Translations under genes and position numbers: made by a program
Notes under the pieces: model-generated
Database searches by the model: none
Told to the model about the DNA's origin: nothing
The model's input: only the letters and a program-made list of their open reading frames with translations
Assembly (NCBI GenBank): GCA_031260975.1
Contig: JAISKJ010000003.1
Span: 229,758 to 293,757, forward strand
Length of the DNA stretch: 64,000 nucleotides
Reading direction: 5' to 3'
DNA from: Christensenellaceae bacterium
GTDB taxonomy: Bacteria > Bacillota > Clostridia > Christensenellales > UBA1242
Part shown: piece by piece, positions 1-9,017 of the stretch
How positions within the stretch are numbered: the first letter of the stretch is position 1
Layout: every line of letters begins with the position of its first letter

Positions 1-3000
1 GTAACACTTTATATGACTTTGACAGACCTATCAATCGTGATACCGTAATTTATGCAGGCTTTGTACGTGAAGTTTATATAGCAGTTTTCTATTCTAACTT
101 TGTAGGCACACAGCCTCAGAGTCAGGAGTTTTTGCGTGACTTAAGGGCATATGACAGTTCTTTTCCGGCTGCTGTGACTACTCCAAGTGATCCAAGCGGA
201 CATTATGAATTTGTCTGCTGGGCAGACAGTCCGATTGTGGGGCCAAATACTCATACATACGAGTTAGGAGCTCCTGTCACAATGCCTATTGACGGCATAA
301 ATCTTTATGCAATTTGGCAGGGTGTGCATCAGACAGTTACATTTGCCTTTAGCGCAGACGCCTACAGTTATGGTCAGCCGCTTGGGCCAAGAGTAGATAC
401 CAGCGGAAGATATGGGCAGTCGTATACTGTTCCTAGCGACTTCGGAACCGTTGACCACAAAAATTTTGAAAAATATTTTGTGGGATTTTATAGGCAGGAT
501 ATAGCAACCGGCGTTGTTGACACAAGCACAATCTACAGAACCGGCAATACTATTAATCTTTTGGGTGATGTATTATTTGTTGAAGCGTGGGAAGCATCAA
601 CAAGTAGCGTAATATTCAGTATGGGTGATTATAACGGCGGCACACCGCCCGCTGCTAAAAATTATGTGGCAGGGCATATGTTTAACCTGCCGATTGCTGA
701 GAGACCGCATTATATATTAAGCGGCTGGTCAGACGGCAAGGGCAGTATATGGGCACCCGAAACGGGTTTTGTTATGCCCGAGAGCACAATGACACTGACA
801 GCAGTATGGTCAGAAATGACATATTTGGTGTCGTATGATCCCAATGCCTTAGTTCAGGGGGTTATGAATTCTACCTCTGTGCTTTATAATTCTATTATGT
901 ATGTTCCGAACAACGGATTTATCTACCCCGACGACAAATGCGAATTTAAGTATTGGGTAACCGAGGAAAACAAGGACCTTTCTTATGAAGATATAGATTT
1001 ATTAGGTCTCACCAAATATGTTGCAGGAAGCTATATGTCTAATATCAGCAGCAATATAACCCTTTATGCTATTTGGGCACCAAAGCCCAAGCCCATGGCG
1101 GTGGAGTATAAGCTGACCAACACAGGAGTTGCGGCGGCGAGTGAAGCCTATGTTCAAGGGCTGTTTGCAAACGATTACACCACAGAATACGGATATTATT
1201 ATACCATTCCAAGCTATGACGCAAGCTTGATTTTGCATGAATATAACGACAAGCTATTTGGCGGGTTTAAGATATTAAATGACTTGACAAACACAGCATA
1301 TACTTCGGGCCAGCAGATTTTAGTGCTTGATGACATTACGCTTGTGTTTAATTGGGTTGACACCGGAAACAACATTATATTTGACCTTGGCGGGGGATAC
1401 ATGACAAGTGTAAGTGTGCCAAGCTATGTTGAAGGCTTTACGTTTACGATGCCGCCGGTTCCGTCACCTGAACGAACCAACTTTGAATTTAGGGGCTGGG
1501 TTTTGCAGAGTTATCTTGATGAGGAGCACGGCGGTGTTGCCCCTGATTGGGATTTGATACCTGATACGTGGCAAACAGAAACTGTAAAGTTTGCAAGTCT
1601 TAGCGGGCTTCTGTTTGTAATGCCCGAGGGAGGTATAACTTTTGTTGCGGTCTGGAGGGCGGCAGCATATAGCATAGAATTCAGCAAGGGCCTTAACACA
1701 TATATAGAAGGCTCAATGTCTATGATATCCACAGTATTTGGTGCGTCATATGTTGTAACAAGTGATTATGATAGTGTAAATTCGGCTGTAGCGGGAAATC
1801 TTAAGGTGGGCTTTAGTTACTATGGTTATGAATTTATGGGTTGGTCGACAAGGGCAAACCAGACAAACCCAGAGTATAGCATAGGCAGCACTATAATTAT
1901 GGACGCCGGCATAGGTAACAGGCATCTGATGCTTTATCCGTGCTTTAAGAGCATTAAAATCGTTATTAAGTATGACGGCAACGGTGGAACACATGAGGGT
2001 ATGAACATTTTTGAAAACCAAAATTATTATTTTGGGCAGTTCATAACACTTAATCAGGCTTTTGAAAAACAGAATTATGAGTTTGTGGGCTGGAGCGTTG
2101 TTTCTGACGCAACACTCACAGGGTATAGTAACGGTGATGTCAGAACTGTTGCTCCCGCAGGGTCAACTATACTTGTTGACAGTCTGTTTATAGAGCAGCT
2201 GGATGCTTTGAGTATATCGCACTTTGCAAACGGTGATATAACAATTACACTTTATGCAATTTGGAGAGGAGCGCAGACGAATATTGTGTTTAGCAGTAAC
2301 GGCGGCTTTGGCACAATGACTGCTCAGAGTGTTAGATATGGCGACACAGGTGTTGTGCTCACAACAAATACTTTTGTGAGAAACGGCTATGAATTTATGG
2401 GCTGGAGCACCAGCTCAAACGGGAGCGTGGAGTATGCTGATGCTGATTTAATTGATATTGCCGGCCCCATAACTCTTTATGCAAAATGGCGCGGTGTGGC
2501 GGTAACTCTGACAATCTATCTTAATGACCATGACTACACCTATTCGCCTGACTTTATAACAATAACACATGCCGGAGGGAATATCCTGCGTTTTGGCGAC
2601 ACATACAATTTTGAATCGATAGGCAATTTTGTGACTGTTAACCCCAATAAGGAGTTTTTTAGGTATAACACTCTGGCAACCGGCACCGGAGCCTCATATG
2701 ACCCGGGCAGTGCTAACTCTCAAGACAGAAGTATTGTGCTTGGAAGCACAAATAACTTCTATGTAATATGGAAGGGAAAATCTAAAAATGTAACTTATGA
2801 CCTGAGTGATGTAAGGCTTGACAACGGAAATACAATGTCAAACAAGACCTCGACAGGCGAATATAATCAGGCCTTTAGACTGACGCACATAAACGTAGAT
2901 TATCAAGTTTACAGGCATTATAGTCCTCTGGGAGACCCATTGAACCACTATATAGTAGCAGGAGACATTGTGGCAGGTTTATGGATAAGCAACATCGGCA

Positions 3001-6000
3001 GCACAAGTTATACTTTTGTTGATGGTGTTACTACAATATATCCGTTGGGTTCAAATATTTTGATAACCGACAACACTGTTCTTAAAATATATTGGACAAC
3101 CGACATGGCTCAGGCGGCAACTGTCACATTTGACCTGAATAACGACACTGATATTTCGACGGCACCGGGCAGTATAAATCCGATGGCCGGCGTGATAAAT
3201 GCTCAGATAACCCTGCCTGTTGGACCCACGCGAAACAACTACATTTTTGACGGCTGGAACACTAAAGCTGACGGCACAGGCATAGGCTATGACGCGGGCG
3301 ACCCTTATACATTAATCAGTGCGGCCTCTACGCTTTATGCACAGTGGACGCCTAAGAATAAGTTTATAAGATATAATGCAAACGGCGGAACGTTCAGCGG
3401 GCTTGCTCTTAACGGCGGCGACTATCTGTCAAGCGGAATTGCAGTCAAAGCTACCACATTGCTTGCTACATTCACTGCAGTGCAGCTTAGCAAGACCGAT
3501 TATGAGCTTGTGGGCTTTAGTTTATCGGCTCAGGGCAATGGCGGCGGACAGCATGTGTATGCTCCGGGTGCGGCCTTCTATATGGCCGAGAGTCTGTTTA
3601 GCAACAGTGGTGCCGAAGTGACAGAAGTTACGCTTTATGCAATCTGGAGAGGTCAGGCGGTCACTATAAACTTCTTGGGTCAGGGCGGCACAATTTCAAG
3701 CAGTTCACCCACTTATAGCATAACAGCAAGAGTGGGCGACACAGTATCGCTGTATAACGACTTTAGCAGAACGGGTTACACCTTTAAATACTTTACTCAT
3801 ACTTCTTCTGACAGTGGAACAAAATATTGCGAAGTCAGCACTCCGTTGTCATTCAGTATTAATATAACAACGGCGGGCAGTATAACGCTTTATGCTCAGT
3901 GGCAGGCGCAGACAATGACCGTTACCATCAAAAAAGATACCACAGGCACCGTAAGTTATGAAATAGAAGTTCCGTATGGTGGCACATGGATTATGTTTGA
4001 CCCATCAAGCACGACAGACGGTTGGAGCTTCCCGACAGGTGACGCTTTGTGGACTACTCCCGACAACGGAACTTTCTTGGGCTGGAAACAGGGCAGCACC
4101 GAATATCCGTGGAATGTTGCTTACCCGGGTGAAATAATTGTTACAGACTTCGTTGAATTTGAGGCTATGTGGAGCGTTACTCCGCCTATTACAATAATAT
4201 TTGACAGAGGAACAGGACTTATAAACGATGCAGGAGTTCTTACGCAAGTATCAATTTCGGCGGCACTCGGCGGCGGATTTACCATACCGGGAAATCTTAT
4301 AACCTACAGCGGCGGTACAGCACAGTTCTCTAAGGCAGGCTTTAGTTTTGACGGCTGGACATATATCACTAATTCCACAGAGTTTTATGTGGGCAGCAAT
4401 GTTATGCTTAACAGTCTATATTTTAACACCTCTGACCTTAGCGCTTATACAATTACATTAACAGCAAGATTTGTTTCAAACACATATATTATAAATTATA
4501 TCGCCGAAAACGGCACATTTGAGGGAGGATACCCAACTATTGTGGTGGTTGACCCCAATGTTATGCCGGCAAATTATGAGGTATATGGCGTCAACACAGT
4601 AACTCATCTTTCGGGAAATTATATTCTTGCAGGCTGGGATTTAATGGTTGCGGGAATATTTGACGGGGTTATAGATTATACACCGCTTCAGATAATTTCT
4701 ACTCCGACAGGCAATATTACGCTCAGAGCGATTTGGGCGCCCAAAACCAAGACCGTTGATATTGTCAGCGGTGAGGCTACCTTTGTGCCTCTGACATCGT
4801 TGTCGTCAGGCGAAAAACTTACAATTGAGGCTGCTATCGCAACAGCTCTTGGCGGCATTGGCGGATTAGGCGGACTTTATGCGTTGACAGCACCCAACAT
4901 TTACTATCCTGAGGTGTCAAACAGCACAATAGTAAGTATAGGTGTGTCTTATGGAAGTAAAATTAATATGTACGGCGAATTTGGAGCCTTTTGGCTTATT
5001 GTCGTTGTTAATGCAAGTGGTAATGTGACTGACATATATGTGGTTGAGATTGATGTGCCCATGGTAGGACTTACCCCCCAAACAGCAAAATTCTTCTCAA
5101 ACGATAACGGAATTACTAAGCATGCAATCGGCGGCGTAAACGCCGGAGGAGCCGCGGTTGTGATTGCGGGCTATGTTGAATATACTATCTTGTGGCAGGG
5201 CGAGCAGCGCAACGTTGTGTTTGAAGGCAACGGCGGAACTTTAGGCAGTCATACGACGGTTTATACTTCAGTGCACTATGTGGGAGAGACTATAAACCTT
5301 GCCAACATATTCGTTAAAGACAACAGCACCTTTGACAAGTGGCTTTATAGCAACGATGCCGAAAGCGGCAGCGAAACTTATATTGCAGTTGGCGGAGCCT
5401 TTACTATTGACACCGGCAGTTACCTTCACAATGGCACTGATATAGTGTTTGTCGCTCAGTGGACGCCTAACAGCGTATATATAAACTATCAGGGCAACGG
5501 CGGTAGCATACTTGTTCAAATTGCAGGTCAAGGAACCCCTTATGACACAACTGACGATGAATACAGTAATCAGACATTGGTTCAGGATGCTGCACCGCTT
5601 GGAGAATATGTATATTATGAGGTTATTTCAAATCCGTTTATTTATTCAAGCTTCCAATTCCTCTATTGGAGCACAAGCAGTGCTTCTGACGCCACAAATG
5701 CCGGCACAAAATATTATCCGGGAAATTTTAGTAGCGGCCGTATAGAAAGCATCTTGGCATCCCTTACGCTTTATGCCATTTGGGGCTTGCCGCAATATAC
5801 ACTGACATTTAATAACAACAACGGCGGAGTAGTAGTTCAGGTTCAGGCAAGGGGCCCTGTAGTGGTTCCGGCACCGGGTGCACAGTTTAATGGTTCGCTG
5901 ATAGATATTTCTAAGCCATATTGCAAGCTGTTGTATTGGAACACAATGCCAAACGGTCTGGGCATTATATACCATCCGGGCGACACCTTAGAAGTTAACG

Positions 6001-6503
6001 ACAATATCACATTGTATGCAATTTGGGCTGACATTCCGGTTTATGTATACTTTGACGCAAATGGCGGAACGGGTAGCGTTTCATATGACCCTGTTGCACG
6101 TTTGGTTGGTGCTTCATATATTACTCCGCAGTGGTTTATTGAATTTACACCGCCTATGGGCGCAACCTTTATGGGTTGGAGCTTTGACCAATGGGCCACC
6201 GAGTTTGAAGCCGTGGCAGCAGGTCAGCCAATTATTATTGACGGCAGTTTTGCGGTGCTTGTGGGCGGCAATCCCGATTATTATGAAATTACATTGTTTG
6301 CAGTTTATGACGGGATATTTGCGGCTCCAAAAGTGTTTAACCAAATCAACACTCCGTTTACATACATGGGTTGGTACCCTAAAACCTTTGTGGGCACGGC
6401 GCTTAATACTACGCTTAATGGTGAGCAGGGTGGTCTTGGTCAATCAATTACAAGTGTTACATATAACATAGGTCTTCGTCCTGCTTTGAGGATAGCTATA
6501 TAA
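1..6503 (+). CDS. Giant repeat protein made of Listeria-Bacteroides (InlB B-type, Flg_new-like) repeats; 5' end lies outside the window
   Basis: The frame of ORF 132..6503 stays open back to base 3 (TLYDFDRPINRDTVIYAGF...), so the gene is truncated by the window edge. About 22 diverged ~70-90 aa units follow the pattern V.F..NGG...........G(Y/F)(E/T)F.GW........Y..G......(I/L)TLYA(I/K/Q)W. One example is NIVFSSNGGFGTMTAQSVRYGDTGVVLTTNTFVRNGYEFMGWSTSSNGSVEYADADLIDIAGPITLYAKW. No C-terminal LPXTG or TM segment is visible. Confidence 0.8.
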   Translation, partial: NTLYDFDRPINRDTVIYAGFVREVYIAVFYSNFVGTQPQSQEFLRDLRAYDSSFPAAVTTPSDPSGHYEFVCWADSPIVGPNTHTYELGAPVTMPIDGINLYAIWQGVHQTVTFAFSADAYSYGQPLGPRVDTSGRYGQSYTVPSDFGTVDHKNFEKYFVGFYRQDIATGVVDTSTIYRTGNTINLLGDVLFVEAWEASTSSVIFSMGDYNGGTPPAAKNYVAGHMFNLPIAERPHYILSGWSDGKGSIWAPETGFVMPESTMTLTAVWSEMTYLVSYDPNALVQGVMNSTSVLYNSIMYVPNNGFIYPDDKCEFKYWVTEENKDLSYEDIDLLGLTKYVAGSYMSNISSNITLYAIWAPKPKPMAVEYKLTNTGVAAASEAYVQGLFANDYTTEYGYYYTIPSYDASLILHEYNDKLFGGFKILNDLTNTAYTSGQQILVLDDITLVFNWVDTGNNIIFDLGGGYMTSVSVPSYVEGFTFTMPPVPSPERTNFEFRGWVLQSYLDEEHGGVAPDWDLIPDTWQTETVKFASLSGLLFVMPEGGITFVAVWRAAAYSIEFSKGLNTYIEGSMSMISTVFGASYVVTSDYDSVNSAVAGNLKVGFSYYGYEFMGWSTRANQTNPEYSIGSTIIMDAGIGNRHLMLYPCFKSIKIVIKYDGNGGTHEGMNIFENQNYYFGQFITLNQAFEKQNYEFVGWSVVSDATLTGYSNGDVRTVAPAGSTILVDSLFIEQLDALSISHFANGDITITLYAIWRGAQTNIVFSSNGGFGTMTAQSVRYGDTGVVLTTNTFVRNGYEFMGWSTSSNGSVEYADADLIDIAGPITLYAKWRGVAVTLTIYLNDHDYTYSPDFITITHAGGNILRFGDTYNFESIGNFVTVNPNKEFFRYNTLATGTGASYDPGSANSQDRSIVLGSTNNFYVIWKGKSKNVTYDLSDVRLDNGNTMSNKTSTGEYNQAFRLTHINVDYQVYRHYSPLGDPLNHYIVAGDIVAGLWISNIGSTSYTFVDGVTTIYPLGSNILITDNTVLKIYWTTDMAQAATVTFDLNNDTDISTAPGSINPMAGVINAQITLPVGPTRNNYIFDGWNTKADGTGIGYDAGDPYTLISAASTLYAQWTPKNKFIRYNANGGTFSGLALNGGDYLSSGIAVKATTLLATFTAVQLSKTDYELVGFSLSAQGNGGGQHVYAPGAAFYMAESLFSNSGAEVTEVTLYAIWRGQAVTINFLGQGGTISSSSPTYSITARVGDTVSLYNDFSRTGYTFKYFTHTSSDSGTKYCEVSTPLSFSINITTAGSITLYAQWQAQTMTVTIKKDTTGTVSYEIEVPYGGTWIMFDPSSTTDGWSFPTGDALWTTPDNGTFLGWKQGSTEYPWNVAYPGEIIVTDFVEFEAMWSVTPPITIIFDRGTGLINDAGVLTQVSISAALGGGFTIPGNLITYSGGTAQFSKAGFSFDGWTYITNSTEFYVGSNVMLNSLYFNTSDLSAYTITLTARFVSNTYIINYIAENGTFEGGYPTIVVVDPNVMPANYEVYGVNTVTHLSGNYILAGWDLMVAGIFDGVIDYTPLQIISTPTGNITLRAIWAPKTKTVDIVSGEATFVPLTSLSSGEKLTIEAAIATALGGIGGLGGLYALTAPNIYYPEVSNSTIVSIGVSYGSKINMYGEFGAFWLIVVVNASGNVTDIYVVEIDVPMVGLTPQTAKFFSNDNGITKHAIGGVNAGGAAVVIAGYVEYTILWQGEQRNVVFEGNGGTLGSHTTVYTSVHYVGETINLANIFVKDNSTFDKWLYSNDAESGSETYIAVGGAFTIDTGSYLHNGTDIVFVAQWTPNSVYINYQGNGGSILVQIAGQGTPYDTTDDEYSNQTLVQDAAPLGEYVYYEVISNPFIYSSFQFLYWSTSSASDATNAGTKYYPGNFSSGRIESILASLTLYAIWGLPQYTLTFNNNNGGVVVQVQARGPVVVPAPGAQFNGSLIDISKPYCKLLYWNTMPNGLGIIYHPGDTLEVNDNITLYAIWADIPVYVYFDANGGTGSVSYDPVARLVGASYITPQWFIEFTPPMGATFMGWSFDQWATEFEAVAAGQPIIIDGSFAVLVGGNPDYYEITLFAVYDGIFAAPKVFNQINTPFTYMGWYPKTFVGTALNTTLNGEQGGLGQSITSVTYNIGLRPALRIAI

Positions 6504-6532
6504 ATTTAAAATATTTTTTGTGAGCAACGGAG

Positions 6533-6564
6533 AAGCTGCCCTCTGAAAAGGGGGGCAGTTTCTT
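6533..6564 (+). terminator. Putative intrinsic terminator after the giant repeat gene
   Basis: Stem CTGCCC/GGGCAG (extendable by A-T and G-U pairs) with an 11-nt loop, followed by a weak T-rich tail (tttctt). Confidence 0.4.
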
Positions 6565-6680
6565 ATAGCCCTAAAAAGTTTAAGCAGATATAAATGATTT
6601 GTATATCAAAACACAAATGAAAACACAAACAGAAGAAAAGATAAACAAAAAATATTATATAAATCAAAGGAGAAAAGAGC

Positions 6681-8081
6681 ATGTCACTTTTGAAAATGCT
6701 GAAAAAAAATTATAAGGAAAATGTTTTGGCTATGCATATGCCGGGTCATAAAAGAAAGCCCATGGGAGGGCTTCCTACCGATATTGACATAACCGAAATT
6801 GAGGGTTTTGGCAATCTTATGCACGTTGACAACATTTTGGGGGACTTGCAGGCTGAGGCTGCCGAGGTTTTTGGGGCGGAGCGGGCTTTCTTTGTTGTCA
6901 ACGGCAGCACGGGGGCAGTGCTTTCGTCGATTGTGGGGCTCACTCAGTATGGCGATGAGGTGATTATGACGCGCAACTGCCATAAGTCGGTTTATAGCGC
7001 GATTGAAATAAACGGACTTAAACCCACATATATTGCGCCAAATCTTGACGAAAACGGCATCGCCCAAAGTATTACTGTGGGACAAATTGAAGAAGCTATA
7101 AAAAAGGCACCTAAGGCCACCATTGTAATAGTTACTTGCCCCACATTTGAAGGTGTGGTGAGTGACATTAAAAGTATTGCTGAGGTTATTCACAAAAGCG
7201 GCAAAAAACTTATTGTAGACAGCGCACACGGGGCGCACTTTGGGTTTTGGGGTATGCCTGAGCACGCCAACAAATGCGGTGCCGATGTTGTAATTTGTAG
7301 CCTTCACAAGACTTTGCCAGCAATGACTTCAACATCCCTTTTGTTTTGTAAAAAAGAATTGGGCGAAATTATTGCCAAGTATGTGACTATGTTTCAGACA
7401 ACCAGCCCGTCGTATGTGCTTATGGCCAGCATAGTTGAATGTGTAAATTTGTTAAAGACAGACGGCAGCAGAATATTTAAAGAATATGTAGTCAACCTTA
7501 AAGAATTTAGTGAAGGCACAAAACAGTTAAAGCATTTGAAGGTGCTTTGTAATGGATTTGATTCAAAACAAAATCATAAAGACTATTTTGATTATGACTT
7601 TGGCAAAATTGTAATACTGACCACCGGCACCAATATTACGGGGCCGGCACTTATGTCAAGCTTACGTAAACAAAAAATAGAGGCGGAAATGAGTTATAAC
7701 AAATATGTTATTGCCATGACCAGCATTTTTGACACTAAAGCAGACTTGAAAAGACTGCTTGATGCTCTCATTTTGATAGACAAAACGCTGTCGCAGAAAG
7801 CTGACAAATATGTAGTTTCTTCGGTATATATTCCCGAATTTGTTTGCAGGTCAAGTGACTTAAAGCCTTTGAAGGCTGTTAAAACCGAAATAGGGCAGAG
7901 TTTAGGTAAGGTTAGTGCTGAATATATATGGGTTTATCCGCCGGGAATTCCGATTGTTGTTCCGGGCGAGAAAATAGACAAAAAGATTTTGGATATTTTA
8001 AAAGTGCTCCAACAAAACGGACTGAAAATCAACAGCACAGGCGGGCAGATGCCCGGGTTTGTTTTTGTGGCTGATAAATAA
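6681..8081 (+). CDS. PLP-dependent Orn/Lys/Arg decarboxylase family protein (SpeA/YaaO-like)
   Basis: N-terminal MHMPGHKRK motif and the PLP-lysine context SLHKTLPAMTSTS. Length is 466 aa. SD AAAGGAG lies 8 nt upstream of the ATG. Confidence 0.85.
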   Translation: MSLLKMLKKNYKENVLAMHMPGHKRKPMGGLPTDIDITEIEGFGNLMHVDNILGDLQAEAAEVFGAERAFFVVNGSTGAVLSSIVGLTQYGDEVIMTRNCHKSVYSAIEINGLKPTYIAPNLDENGIAQSITVGQIEEAIKKAPKATIVIVTCPTFEGVVSDIKSIAEVIHKSGKKLIVDSAHGAHFGFWGMPEHANKCGADVVICSLHKTLPAMTSTSLLFCKKELGEIIAKYVTMFQTTSPSYVLMASIVECVNLLKTDGSRIFKEYVVNLKEFSEGTKQLKHLKVLCNGFDSKQNHKDYFDYDFGKIVILTTGTNITGPALMSSLRKQKIEAEMSYNKYVIAMTSIFDTKADLKRLLDALILIDKTLSQKADKYVVSSVYIPEFVCRSSDLKPLKAVKTEIGQSLGKVSAEYIWVYPPGIPIVVPGEKIDKKILDILKVLQQNGLKINSTGGQMPGFVFVADK

Positions 8082-8114
8082 CTTTTCTGTCGGAAAAAAT
8101 ATTATTTTTAGGTG

Positions 8115-8143
8115 TTGACAACGGTTAGATCTTTGTATATAAT
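8115..8143 (+). promoter_or_regulatory. Consensus sigma-A type promoter for the 8181 ORF
   Basis: TTGACA (8115-8120), 17-nt spacer, TATAAT (8138-8143). Both hexamers are perfect. Confidence 0.6.
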
Positions 8144-8180
8144 AAAAATATAATTTATGTATGGGGGGGGGTAAAGAATT

Positions 8181-8540
8181 ATGGAAAATTTAGGAGTATT
8201 CGGTGAACTTTTCTATTTGGAGGGAGCGGCTTTAGAAAACTCTCAGCCGGTTAAAAGATGTGTAGAGTGTATAAAGTGGCGAGAAGCTTTTAGATGTAAA
8301 TATTTTAAAAAAGTTGAAGACAATGACAATATCTTTACTGATATTATGAAGTGTAGAGCTCTGGATGAACGGGTTCATTATGATTATCCTCTTGAATATG
8401 GTGATTGGAATGTCAGAGCGTTACCAAATTGCCCGCTTATAAAACAACGTGGTGTATTTGTGGAGAGCACTGCCACTGCCGAAACATTTCCGGATTACCT
8501 ACTGATGAAAGATGAGGCTGTAACATTTGAAGGCGGTTAA
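8181..8540 (+). CDS. Hypothetical Cys-containing protein (119 aa); no family recognised
   Basis: The ORF is preceded by a perfect promoter and a G9 tract at the SD position. It has five Cys including CVEC. I recognise no motif. Confidence 0.5.
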   Translation: MENLGVFGELFYLEGAALENSQPVKRCVECIKWREAFRCKYFKKVEDNDNIFTDIMKCRALDERVHYDYPLEYGDWNVRALPNCPLIKQRGVFVESTATAETFPDYLLMKDEAVTFEGG

Positions 8541-8605
8541 TAACAAAAAAAGGTTATGTTATCAAACTATTTTTAACGCAGTAACAGATTTTATGTTAGG
8601 AATAG

Positions 8606-8634
8606 TTGACAGCAGGGCAAAAAAATGCTAAAGT
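8606..8634 (+). promoter_or_regulatory. Putative promoter of scfA-scfB
   Basis: TTGACA (8606-8611), 17-nt spacer, extended -10 TGcTAAAGT (8626-8634). It lies inside the 5' part of the track ORF 8625..8825, which argues for the internal ATG at 8664. Confidence 0.45.
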
Positions 8635-8663
8635 TACGTATACTTATAAGGGCGGTAGATATT

Positions 8664-8825
8664 ATGAAACACATAAAGACTTTGGTCAAAGGGAATTTAA
8701 ATAAAAAGTACGGCGGTTGCGGAGAATGCGCTACCGGATGTCAATCGGCATGCAAGACTTCTAACCCTATGATATATCAAAGATGTGAAGCAAAGGCCAG
8801 AGGCCAGCGTATTAACAGAGATTAA
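8664..8825 (+). CDS. scfA: SCIFF-family ranthipeptide precursor (divergent, five Cys, 53 aa)
   Basis: MKHIKTLVKGNLNKKYGGCGECATGCQSACKTSNPMIYQRCEAKARGQRINRD. It has the SCIFF hallmark N-terminus MKHIKTL and the CGEC...C.SACKTS core, and sits immediately upstream of a radical SAM/SPASM maturase. The start is taken at the internal ATG 8664 rather than 8625. Confidence 0.85.
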   Translation: MKHIKTLVKGNLNKKYGGCGECATGCQSACKTSNPMIYQRCEAKARGQRINRD

Positions 8826-8844
8826 TAAATCAATTTAACAATTT

Positions 8845-8866
8845 TGTCGGCTGAGCCGGCATTTTT
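8845..8866 (+). terminator. Hairpin plus T5 directly after scfA (attenuator or leaky terminator)
   Basis: TGTCGGC-tga-GCCGGCA (7 bp, one G-U) followed by TTTTT at 8862-8866. Confidence 0.5.
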
Positions 8867-8892
8867 GTTGGGGCTGGAGCGGGTATTATGGG

Positions 8893-8981
8893 TGCGGTTT
8901 TGCGCGCCGCGATAGCGCGGCGCCAGCGCAGGCACTCTTTGTGCCTGCGTTGCAAAAACAAAGTTTTTGCGCAAAACCGCA
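8893..8981 (+). other. GC-rich multi-hairpin (cloverleaf-like) element between scfA and scfB
   Basis: A 13-bp perfect outer stem TGCGGTTTTGCGC / GCGCAAAACCGCA encloses three hairpins: GCGCCGCG-atag-CGCGGCGC, CGCAGGCAC-tcttt-GTGCCTGCG and GCAAAAAC-aaa-GTTTTTGC. Confidence 0.5.
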
Positions 8982-9017
8982 TCACTTTTGGTCCGGCAAC
9001 CACTAGGGAGAAAAGAA

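Noticed and set aside
6684-7307. A 207-aa minus-strand ORF.
   Set aside because: It is antisense shadow of the PLP decarboxylase gene, with no translation signals.
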